In this document: one piece after another, positions 18,981-26,768 of the stretch
Layout of the letters: each line of letters begins with the position of its first letter
Position numbering within the stretch: the stretch's first letter is position 1
Assembly: GCA_040266055.1 (NCBI GenBank)
Contig: JBDQFC010000006.1
Span: forward strand, 28,561-92,560
DNA: 64,000 nt
Reading direction: 5' to 3'
DNA from: Candidatus Nanopelagicales bacterium
GTDB lineage: Bacteria; Actinomycetota; Actinomycetes; S36-B12
Made by a program: the position numbers and the translations under genes
Notes under the pieces: model-generated
The model's input: the letters and a program-made list of their open reading frames with translations, nothing else
Told to the model about the DNA's origin: nothing
The model's database searches: none

Positions 18981-19658
18981 ATGGCCGAGCCATCCACCTT
19001 CTCGCCAAGACACGTGCTCGTCGTCGGAGCCGGACCGGGCATCGGAGCGTCATTTGCCCGGCTGGCACTTCAAGGTGACTCTCACGTGACACTGGCAGCT
19101 CGTTCCCCGAGCAAGCTCGAACAACTGGTATCAGAGCTGCACGTCGATGGTGTTCGGATCGATGTGGTCCCCGCTGACGCCGCAGGTCCGGTATCACTCC
19201 GCGAAACCCTGGATGACTACGCCAAAGCATGCGAGGTTCCGATTGACTGTGCCCTATTCAACGTCTCTACGTGGGTACCCGGTGGGCTAGACAGTGACCT
19301 GGCTGCTGTTGCCGAAGGCCTGAGCGCTGGAGTTGTCTCCGGTTTGGCGATGGCTCAGGCCGTTGTACCCCGAATGCGTGAACTCCCAGCAGCTCGAATT
19401 CTCTTCACCGGGGGTGGTACCGCGGACTCACCGATGACCTCGGGAGTGGGGCTTGGGCTTCAAAAGGCCGCCCTGCGCAATTTGGCTATTGCCCTCGACA
19501 AAGATCTGGCAGACACGAACATCCGTGTCCGAACGCTGACGATCCGCGGAAGCATTGCGCCGGGCACAGCCTTCGACCCCGACCTGATTGCCCAAGCTCT
19601 GTGGGACACGATCGACGAGATCAACGTCGAAACGGAATTCACTGGGGCTGGGAAGTGA
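18981..19658 (+). CDS. Short-chain dehydrogenase/reductase family protein (atypical)
   Basis: 225 aa. Rossmann motif VLVVGAGPGIGAS. In the region aligned to YxxxK (GLGLQKAAL) the Lys is kept but the Tyr position reads Leu, so it may be non-canonical. Confidence 0.65.
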   Translation: MAEPSTFSPRHVLVVGAGPGIGASFARLALQGDSHVTLAARSPSKLEQLVSELHVDGVRIDVVPADAAGPVSLRETLDDYAKACEVPIDCALFNVSTWVPGGLDSDLAAVAEGLSAGVVSGLAMAQAVVPRMRELPAARILFTGGGTADSPMTSGVGLGLQKAALRNLAIALDKDLADTNIRVRTLTIRGSIAPGTAFDPDLIAQALWDTIDEINVETEFTGAGK

Positions 19659-19673
19659 ATCCCAGCCCCAGTG
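19640..19673. terminator. Perfect 14-bp hairpin spanning the SDR stop codon, between convergent genes
   Basis: CACTGGGGCTGGGA(19640-53)-agtgaa-TCCCAGCCCCAGTG(19660-73). The loop contains the TGA at 19656-58. No U-tract follows, so intrinsic-terminator function is uncertain. Confidence 0.45.
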
Positions 19674-19684
19674 AATGGTGGATA

Positions 19685-19768
19685 GTTTGAAGTCCCAGAT
19701 CTAGCTCTGGTCCTTCATCACGTGCTTCCGGTTTGAAGTCCCAGATCTAGCTCTGGTCCTTCATCACG
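19685..19768. repeat. Perfect 38-bp tandem direct repeat (46-bp period) duplicating the 3' end of the chagasin-like gene
   Basis: GTTTGAAGTCCCAGATCTAGCTCTGGTCCTTCATCACG occurs at 19685-19722 and 19731-19768, separated by tgcttccg. The second copy holds the last 7 codons, the stop and 16 nt of 3' UTR of the minus-strand gene. Confidence 0.95.
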
Positions 19769-20157
19769 ATCACCTTCAGGGTCGACACTTCAGCATCGCC
19801 GCCACCTGGTGGCGTCGCGGAGATATTTACATCAACCGTTCCCGGCTTGAGTGCCGTGATCTTCCAGGTGGTAAGTCCCGGTGCACCAACCAGCGTGGTG
19901 TTCGGTGGGGTGTACTTGCCCTTGCCTACCTTGACGGACTTCTTTTTGCCTGACTTCGATGCCGTCCAGGAGTAGCCGGTTGTGCGGTTCGTCTCAAGGG
20001 TCAGTTCGATTGCCTCGCCAGGAATAAGTCGAACTTGAGCGGGCAGCTCCGTCACCATCAAGGTCACGTGGTCGTCGGCATTCGCAGGAGCAGCAGCGGC
20101 AAAGGCGCCGAGGGCTAGGCCGATAGCAGCAAGCAATGCTGTGAGAGTTCGCTTCAT
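19747..20157 (-). CDS. Secreted chagasin-family (I42) cysteine-peptidase inhibitor-like protein
   Basis: ORF 19747..20217. The ATG at 20157 gives a signal peptide MKRTLTALLAAIGLALGAFAAAAPANA. LETNRTTGYSW matches the NPTTGYxW loop and LVGAPGLTTWKITALKPG matches the GxGG/GAPG loop of chagasin/ICP. The third RPW loop is not evident. Confidence 0.6.
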   Translation of the reverse strand: MKRTLTALLAAIGLALGAFAAAAPANADDHVTLMVTELPAQVRLIPGEAIELTLETNRTTGYSWTASKSGKKKSVKVGKGKYTPPNTTLVGAPGLTTWKITALKPGTVDVNISATPPGGGDAEVSTLKVIVMKDQS

Positions 20158-20234
20158 ATGTGTCATGCAACCAGTTAACAGCACATCTCGCCTGAATGGA
20201 AGGTCCGGTAGTAACACTCAGTGCCGCCAGAGTG

Positions 20235-21641
20235 CTATTCCTCGGGCAGTTTCCCTATCTGCTCCTTCTCCGGCTGTGTCAGTGGTCCGTACCGCTTTCG
20301 CTTCTCGTAGACGCGACGACTTGGTTCGGGCGACACGTCTGCGGGGATGGACGGTTTGGGCCACAGGACGAGCTTGGCCACAGACAGCCCGACGAAAATG
20401 CTGGTGATCGCTATCCAGAATGGAAACCACACCCATGTGTCGACGGCCAAGGCGGTAATTGCCAACAGTGCATAGGCACTTGTCAGGGCAATCACTCCGT
20501 AGCCGATACCGATTTGCTGAGCCCAGTACCGCGCAGTAGCACTCGTTAGGCCGTATGTGGCGAGGTTCTCGATGACTCCACGTTGCCAGCGCTGACGTTG
20601 ACGCCACAACGCGGGCCACGTCGGCATGACTTCGGTTTCGACCGCGCACTCCTCCGGCGACACCATCGGTGAGCCCAGCGACTTCAAGGCAATGGTGAGC
20701 CCGTTGTCTTCGGTAAGCGCCGAGGCGTCGTAGACCTCTCCGCGCAGTCCCGGCAACAGTGAGCCGCGTGCGTCAGCGACATCGGCCAGCGCCTCGGCTC
20801 GGAACATCGATGCCGTGCCAGTAAGAACGAAGACCCGTCCGCGACGTTGACGAATTTGCAGTTGGTAGCGGAGATATTCGTTGCGCTGAAGCTGTCCGAC
20901 CAGACCTGAGCCGGGTTCGCCGTAGAACAACCCGCCGATTGCATCCAACCGCGGGGAGTCGGAGAACAGGGCTGCCGCGTGGCTGATGTAGTCAGGTGAG
21001 AGTCGGGTGTCAGCGTCCATCACCAACACCGTGTCGGCCTGAGCGAGGGTTGGAAGGATGGCAGCTAGGGCTTGGTTCAAGGCGCCGGCCTTGCGTCCGA
21101 CGTTGTCCACCGTTTCGAAAACCTCGGCCCCGAGTGTTCTGGCTATCACCGCGGTTTCATCCGTGCAGTTGTCGGCGACGACAACTACCCGATCCACGGA
21201 ACGGGACTGCTCGGACAGAGCCCGCAGGGTGTCACCTATGGATGCTGCCTCATTGTGGGCTGGGATGAGCGCCGTGATGCGCGGTTCAGACTCGTGTTGG
21301 AGTGCTCGCTCGTTCGCGGGTGGTCGGGGCAGGACGGGCCGTAACAGCCACCAGTCAGGATGACGGGCCCTTGCGGTGGTGACCGAATCCAAGACGATGG
21401 ACCCGGTTGCCACAAGGACTAGACCGATGCCTGTCAAGACCAGCAGATGCATAGAGGGAAAAGACTCGTTAACCGTCAAGGACGTCGGTCCTAGCGGAAA
21501 GACAAGCGGCTCTTGATCGAAAGGGTCGTCGTCGAAGTACTTGGCTGCGACAGCATCGATTGTGCTCAAGAGCAAGATGGCAAAAATAATCGCCGCAACT
21601 GCCACTCTCGCCCAGCCAAGTTTTGCGAACCACACCCCCAC
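20235..21641 (-). CDS. Membrane-embedded processive family-2 glycosyltransferase (PgaC/NodC/cellulose-synthase-like)
   Basis: 468 aa. N-terminal TM helices. GT-A core ALIPAHNEAASIGDTL...VVVADNCTDET...VMDADT. QxxRW-type motif RQRQRWQRG. C-terminal TM bundle. Confidence 0.85.
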   Translation of the reverse strand: MGVWFAKLGWARVAVAAIIFAILLLSTIDAVAAKYFDDDPFDQEPLVFPLGPTSLTVNESFPSMHLLVLTGIGLVLVATGSIVLDSVTTARARHPDWWLLRPVLPRPPANERALQHESEPRITALIPAHNEAASIGDTLRALSEQSRSVDRVVVVADNCTDETAVIARTLGAEVFETVDNVGRKAGALNQALAAILPTLAQADTVLVMDADTRLSPDYISHAAALFSDSPRLDAIGGLFYGEPGSGLVGQLQRNEYLRYQLQIRQRRGRVFVLTGTASMFRAEALADVADARGSLLPGLRGEVYDASALTEDNGLTIALKSLGSPMVSPEECAVETEVMPTWPALWRQRQRWQRGVIENLATYGLTSATARYWAQQIGIGYGVIALTSAYALLAITALAVDTWVWFPFWIAITSIFVGLSVAKLVLWPKPSIPADVSPEPSRRVYEKRKRYGPLTQPEKEQIGKLPEE

Positions 21642-21669
21642 GGCTGGATCTCAAATCTGACGGCCGAAT

Positions 21670-22551
21670 CTACGGGTGCGGTTCCGCCTCGACCGCGGGT
21701 GCGCGCCGAGTGGCGAGGAAGGATCCGATGATCACGAGGGGAAAGCCGACGATGATTCCCCAGGTCAGGGACTCACCCAAAATCACGACGCCCAGCAGCA
21801 GCGCCACAGCTGGTGCGATGAACGTGATCACTGTGGTTCGAGATGGTCCGGCTTCGGCGATGAGTGCGAAGAACACGATGAAAGCTGCCGCTGTGCACAG
21901 CACACCGAGGACAATGACCGACCACCATGCCTCGCTGGGCACCGGCGCGCTCGGCCGCGAGATCCATGCGAGGGGCGCGTAGACGAGCGAGTTGATGACC
22001 AGAGCCATCGTGATGACCGCCAAAGCCGGAGCGCGTGACAGTTTCATCGCAACGATGAGCGGGCCGAAGGAGTAGCCAATGATGGTAATGCCGAGGGCTG
22101 CGACGCTGAGCCAGTCATCGCCGCGTATGTCTATGCCCACCAGCGTGACGACACCGATGACGCCGATCGCCAAGCCGAGTGCTCGCCCTTTCGTCACGCG
22201 GTCATCGATGCCGATTCGCCAACCGATCACGGCCGAGAGGATTGGAACTGCGGCGATCAGGATCGCCGTGACAGAACTCGACAGTCGAATCTCCGCATAG
22301 GACAGCGCCCCGAAAGGCAGCGCTATCTCAACGAAGGCGAACACGGCGATCCATGACCAATCGGTCACGTTGAGCCGCTTGATGTCGCCGCGGGCGATCA
22401 CTATCGGCAGCAGGATCAGTGCTCCGAGGGCTACGCGAACCCACACGACCATCGCCGGCGATAAATCCTCCACGGCGATCTTGATGAACAGATACGGGAT
22501 TCCCCAAAGCACGGCCAGTGCGATGAATAGCGCCCACCCGCGTGTAGTCAC
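21670..22551 (-). CDS. EamA/DMT-superfamily transporter
   Basis: ORF 21670..22875. The first plausible start in the hydrophobic part is the GTG at 22551 (VTTRGWALFIALAVLWGIPYLF). About 10 TM helices in two EamA-like halves. The 108-aa upstream extension (HPHPHP etc.) mirrors a G-rich tract and is rejected. Confidence 0.8.
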   Translation of the reverse strand: MTTRGWALFIALAVLWGIPYLFIKIAVEDLSPAMVVWVRVALGALILLPIVIARGDIKRLNVTDWSWIAVFAFVEIALPFGALSYAEIRLSSSVTAILIAAVPILSAVIGWRIGIDDRVTKGRALGLAIGVIGVVTLVGIDIRGDDWLSVAALGITIIGYSFGPLIVAMKLSRAPALAVITMALVINSLVYAPLAWISRPSAPVPSEAWWSVIVLGVLCTAAAFIVFFALIAEAGPSRTTVITFIAPAVALLLGVVILGESLTWGIIVGFPLVIIGSFLATRRAPAVEAEPHP

Positions 22552-22586
22552 GAGGGCGCACTCTACGCGTTGGACAAAGTGGTGAA

Positions 22587-23402
22587 GTGGCGGCGATAGC
22601 GGGAGAAAGACGGACGATCCCCCGGAGTGTGGGAAAAGGGGATGATGGGGGTGTGGGTGTGGGTACGAGCGCGGGTGCGGGCGCGGGTGCGGAACGTCAT
22701 GCGTTCGTGCTGGCCGATTCCCTGGCTTTCCACGGCCCCGAGCGCATCGAGATTCCGACCGATCCACGTCTGTACCCGCAGGTTTGCGCGAATGGCCTCG
22801 AGGCCGATGTCGATCTCGTCGCCCGCGAAGGCTGGACCGCGCGCGACGCGTGGTGGGCGCTGACCAAGGACCCAATGGCCTATGGCGTCTACCTGCCGCG
22901 CGCAGACTATGTGGTTATCGGTGTCGGTGGCATGGATCAACTTCCGGCATCGGTTCCCACGTGGGTTCGTGACTCACTGCCTTACGTGCGGCCCGGTGGA
23001 TTACGACGACGCCTACGCCGCGCCTATCGATCCCTGACGCCTCCGGTCATCAAGGCCACCAACGGTTGGCTACGGCAGCTGCCTCAAGACGCCACCGATC
23101 GCTACCTGACGCGGATCGTGCAGGCGGTCCGTGCGGTCCGACCTCAGGTGCCGATTGCCTTGCTCGCTCCATGTCCCTACCGCTCGCCCTATTACCCCTC
23201 TGAGCGCCACCATGCCAAGGCGCTGGCTGCCGCACGGGCCCTCGCTGGTGAGTTGAACGTTGCCCTCGTGGATCCGTCGTCGGCTGTGTTGGCTGGCCTC
23301 ACCGATGGCACCGCGAACCCCGATGGCATGCATTGGTCGTGGCAGGCCCATCAGCAGGTCGGGGAGGACTTGGCGTCGGCGTTGGCGGCGCAGGCACGCT
23401 GA
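22587..23402 (+). CDS. SGNH/GDSL-family hydrolase or acyltransferase (OctT-like?)
   Basis: Block I is FVLADSLAFHG and block V is NPDGMHWS (DxxH). Coordinates give the maximal ORF. In-frame GTGs at 22629, 22653 and 22659 are more likely starts; GGGGG at 22647-51 precedes 22659. The OctT-like idea rests only on the remembered mycobacterial gpgP-octT neighbourhood. Confidence 0.65.
   Translation: MAAIAGERRTIPRSVGKGDDGGVGVGTSAGAGAGAERHAFVLADSLAFHGPERIEIPTDPRLYPQVCANGLEADVDLVAREGWTARDAWWALTKDPMAYGVYLPRADYVVIGVGGMDQLPASVPTWVRDSLPYVRPGGLRRRLRRAYRSLTPPVIKATNGWLRQLPQDATDRYLTRIVQAVRAVRPQVPIALLAPCPYRSPYYPSERHHAKALAAARALAGELNVALVDPSSAVLAGLTDGTANPDGMHWSWQAHQQVGEDLASALAAQAR
22631..22687 (+). other. Dense G-run tract (eight GGG+ runs in 57 nt), potential G-quadruplex in the divergent promoter / 5' coding region
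   Basis: G runs at 22631-33, 22638-41, 22647-51, 22655-57, 22661-63, 22673-75, 22679-81 and 22685-87, read directly. Confidence 0.5.
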
Positions 23403-23427
23403 CAGCCCTCGGTAGTCTTGCCCGGCT

Positions 23428-25905
23428 ATGACAACGAGCGAGGACACCCAGCAGGGCGAGACCCGATACAACTTCGACGCCATCCAAGAGCGGTGGCTGC
23501 CCGTCTGGGACGAACTCGCACCCTTCCGCTCGGGGCTTCCCGACGACGAGCGCCCGAAGAAGTACGTCCTCGACATGTTCCCGTACCCCTCGGGGGACCT
23601 GCACATGGGTCACGCGGAGGCGTACGCACTCGGTGACGTCATCGCCCGCTACTGGGTCCAGCGCGGATTCAATGTCATGCACCCGATCGGTTGGGACGCT
23701 TTCGGCTTGCCGGCGGAGAACGCCGCCATTCGGCGCGGGGAGGATCCGGTTCGCTGGACCTACGACAACATCGCGCAGCAAAAGGCTTCGATGCGTCGCT
23801 ATGCGTGCAGTTTCGATTGGGACCGCGTGCTGAACACCTGCGATCCGGAGTACTACCACTGGAACCAGTGGTTCTTCCTGCAGATGTTCAAGCGTGGCCT
23901 GGCCTACCGCAAGGCCAGCAACGTCAACTGGTGCCCGGAGTGCCAGACGGTGCTTGCGAATGAGCAGGTCGTTGCCGGGCAGTGCGAGCGATGCGACACC
24001 AATGTCACCAAAAAGAAGCTCACTCAGTGGTATCTGAAGATCACCGACTACGCCGATCGTCTACTCGACGACATGGAGCAACTCGAGGGTGCTTGGCCGG
24101 AAAAGGTGCTGCTGATGCAGCGCAACTGGATCGGTCGATCCACCGGCGCCGAGGTCGACTTCGAGATCGAAGGTCGTAACGAGCCGGTGACCGTCTACAC
24201 GACGCGCCCAGACACTTTGTACGGCGCGACGTTCTTCGTCGTCGCTGCGGACTCCGATCTTGCTGCTGAACTCGCGGAAGGAACAGCAGCGGAAGCCGAG
24301 TTCGCCCAGTACCTCGAGAAGGTCAAGCAGACCTCGGAGATGGATCGCCTGGATTCCTCACGGGCCAAGACCGGTGTGTTCCTGCAGCGCTACGCGATCA
24401 ATCCCGTCAATGGCGAGCGCATCCCGGTGTGGGCATCGGATTACGTCCTCGCTGACTACGGCACCGGCGCGATCATGGCTGTCCCTGCGCACGACCAGCG
24501 CGACCTCGACTTCGCTCGCACGTTCGACCTGCCCGTCCGCGTGGTCGTCGATGCCGGCGAAGACCCGGCGATAACGGGAGAAGCCACCGCCGACGACGGA
24601 CTCCACGTCAACTCCGGTCCGCTGGATGGCTTGAACAAGGAAGACGCGATTGCCGCGATCATCAAGGTCCTCGAAGAACGCGGAACCGGTAAGCAGGCCA
24701 TCAACTACCGGCTGCGCGACTGGCTGATCTCCCGCCAGCGCTACTGGGGGACACCCATCCCGATCGTGCATTGCCCTGCGTGCGGTGAGGTCCCCGTTCC
24801 GGACGATCAACTGCCCGTGGTTCTTCCCCCGGCCGAGGGCCTTGACCTCAAGCCCAAGGGCACATCGCCGCTAGGTGGTGCCACCGAGTGGGCGAGTGTT
24901 GCCTGCCCGCAGTGCGGTGGAGACGCCACACGAGACCCGGACACCATGGACACGTTCGTCGATTCATCCTGGTACTACCTGCGTTACGTCGATCCGAATA
25001 ATCACAACGCGGCCTTCGATCCCGAGCAGGTCCGTCAGTGGCTACCGGTCGATCAGTACGTGGGGGGCGTGACGCATGCGATCTTGCACCTGCTCTACAG
25101 CCGCTTCTTCACCAAGGTGTTGAACGATCTGGGTCTGGTGGATTTCAACGAGCCGTTCACCCGGTTACTGAACCAAGGCATGGTCATCATGGAGGGCTCT
25201 GCGATGAGTAAATCGCGGGGCAACCTGGTGCGGCTGTCGGACGAACTCGGCCAACACGGCGTGGATGCGATCAGGCTGTCGATGGTGTTCGCCGGTCCAC
25301 CGGAAGACGACGTGGACTGGGCCGACGTTTCACCCGCAGGTTCGGCCAAGTTCCTCGCTCGCGCGTGGCGATTGTCGGGTGATGTCACCTCGCAACCAGG
25401 TGTCGATCCGTCCACTGGCGATGAAGCCGTCCGCAAGGCCACGCACCGAGCCCTGCATGATGCCGCGCAAGCGGTGGAGACGTTCCGCTTCAACGTCGCG
25501 GTCGCCCGTGTGATGGAACTGGTCAACGTCATCCGCAAGGCAATTGACACAGGCTGCGGTCCCGACGACCCGGCTGTTCGCGAAGGCGCCGAAGCCGTCG
25601 CCATCATGTTGTCGCTTGTTGCGCCGTATACGTCGGAGGACATGTGGGCCCGCCTGGGACACGAACCGAGCGTGGCCCGAGCCGGGTGGCCGGAGGTCGA
25701 TGAATCGCTGCTCGTCGAGGACTCGGTGACGTGTGTCGTTCAGGTCGCAGGCAAGGTCAAGGACCGACTGGAGGTCTCGCCGAGCATCGGTGAGGATGAA
25801 CTTCGCGAACTGGCTCTCGCATCGGTCGCGGCCACGCTCGATGGACGTGGTGTCCGCACCGTGATCGTGCGTCCGCCCAAGCTCGTCAACGTGGTACCCG
25901 AGTAG
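23428..25905 (+). CDS. leuS: Leucine--tRNA ligase
   Basis: 825 aa. HIGH-type motif [18 protein letters not shown]-type AMSKSRGN, and a CP1 editing domain. Confidence 0.97.
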   Translation: MTTSEDTQQGETRYNFDAIQERWLPVWDELAPFRSGLPDDERPKKYVLDMFPYPSGDLHMGHAEAYALGDVIARYWVQRGFNVMHPIGWDAFGLPAENAAIRRGEDPVRWTYDNIAQQKASMRRYACSFDWDRVLNTCDPEYYHWNQWFFLQMFKRGLAYRKASNVNWCPECQTVLANEQVVAGQCERCDTNVTKKKLTQWYLKITDYADRLLDDMEQLEGAWPEKVLLMQRNWIGRSTGAEVDFEIEGRNEPVTVYTTRPDTLYGATFFVVAADSDLAAELAEGTAAEAEFAQYLEKVKQTSEMDRLDSSRAKTGVFLQRYAINPVNGERIPVWASDYVLADYGTGAIMAVPAHDQRDLDFARTFDLPVRVVVDAGEDPAITGEATADDGLHVNSGPLDGLNKEDAIAAIIKVLEERGTGKQAINYRLRDWLISRQRYWGTPIPIVHCPACGEVPVPDDQLPVVLPPAEGLDLKPKGTSPLGGATEWASVACPQCGGDATRDPDTMDTFVDSSWYYLRYVDPNNHNAAFDPEQVRQWLPVDQYVGGVTHAILHLLYSRFFTKVLNDLGLVDFNEPFTRLLNQGMVIMEGSAMSKSRGNLVRLSDELGQHGVDAIRLSMVFAGPPEDDVDWADVSPAGSAKFLARAWRLSGDVTSQPGVDPSTGDEAVRKATHRALHDAAQAVETFRFNVAVARVMELVNVIRKAIDTGCGPDDPAVREGAEAVAIMLSLVAPYTSEDMWARLGHEPSVARAGWPEVDESLLVEDSVTCVVQVAGKVKDRLEVSPSIGEDELRELALASVAATLDGRGVRTVIVRPPKLVNVVPE

Positions 25906-25908
25906 TTC

Positions 25909-25925
25909 ACGCGCACCTCGCGCGT
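25909..25925 (+). terminator. Weak hairpin after leuS
   Basis: ACGCGC-acctc-GCGCGT followed by ccgctttcc. Short stem and a poor U-tract. Confidence 0.3.
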
Positions 25926-25988
25926 CCGCTTTCCACAGGCGGAAGCTGACTCTGGCGCGGTCATCTCCTAGATTCGTAGCGTCGAGGC

Positions 25989-26768
25989 ATGTGGTCATCA
26001 CGTTCCAAATCTCATGTTCGTCATCGCTTGGCTGGACTGGTGGGAGCAACGACCCGCAGCAACTTGCCGTCCAACGCCGAGGGAGACGGGTTTCAGGCCC
26101 CGCCAGCAGAGCGAGGCACGCGCGTCCTGATCGACTCCACTGAGGAATCCGAGGCTCGCCGAAGGGGCGTCCACGCCTCGAGCCGGATCTTCTTCACGTG
26201 GGATCCACGTGCCCGCAAAGCCGCGCTAGTTCTCATCGCAGGACTCGGCTTGATAGTCGCGTGGTGGTGGATCAGTGGTCAGCCGAAGCCGGTGACTCCC
26301 GTTGATGTCGAGGTCAGTGCCGGTGTTCCCGTTGATGTGACTGACGATTCGGTTCGGATTGTTGATGAGTCGCAGACGGTGGTAGTACATGTGGTGGGAA
26401 AGGTAGCCGCACCAGGAGTTGTGGAACTGCCCGCTGGATCGCGCGTGCAAGACGCGATAGCAGCTGCGGGTGGTGCTACCAAGGACAAAGCACTGGAGTC
26501 GGTGAATCTCGCACGCGTGGTTGTCGACGGGGAGCAGATAGACGTTGGTGCAAGCGGCGATGCTGGCGGCGGTTCATCACGGATCTCGTTGAACTCTGCC
26601 AACGCTCAGCAACTCCAGGAAATCCCCGGCGTCGGCCCGGTCATCGCCGAGCGGATAGTCGAGTGGCGGACCAAGAACGGCCCGTTCCACTCAGTTGCCG
26701 AACTGGCCGAGGTGTCGGGGATCGGTCCGTCGATGCTTGAACGAATCGAAGATCAGGTTGGCATGTGA
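25989..26768 (+). CDS. comEA: ComEA family DNA-binding protein (TM anchor, SLBB, helix-hairpin-helix)
   Basis: 259 aa. TM segment AALVLIAGLGLIVAWWWISG. C-terminal HhH ISLNSANAQQLQEIPGVGPVIAERIVEWR...LAEVSGIGPSMLERI. The start may be downstream of 25989. Confidence 0.8.
   Translation: MWSSRSKSHVRHRLAGLVGATTRSNLPSNAEGDGFQAPPAERGTRVLIDSTEESEARRRGVHASSRIFFTWDPRARKAALVLIAGLGLIVAWWWISGQPKPVTPVDVEVSAGVPVDVTDDSVRIVDESQTVVVHVVGKVAAPGVVELPAGSRVQDAIAAAGGATKDKALESVNLARVVVDGEQIDVGASGDAGGGSSRISLNSANAQQLQEIPGVGPVIAERIVEWRTKNGPFHSVAELAEVSGIGPSMLERIEDQVGM

Noticed and set aside
19685-19768. The 38-bp repeats as a mini-CRISPR array or att sites
   Set aside because: There are only two copies with an 8-bp spacer, no cas genes, and one copy is part of a coding 3' end. 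This fits a tandem duplication.
22552-22875. 108-aa N-terminal extension of the EamA transporter ORF containing HPRPHPRSYPHPHPHH
   Set aside because: The extension is the reverse complement of the G-run tract and overlaps the SGNH gene. The hydrophobic transporter body starts at the GTG at 22551. The upstream Val codons (GTC, GTA) are not starts.
18885-23402. Possibility that the tRNA-Ala-adjacent islet is an integrative element or prophage remnant
   Set aside because: No integrase, excisionase, transposase or phage gene is present, and I found no downstream direct repeat of the tRNA 3' end. I treat it as an accessory islet, not a demonstrable mobile element.
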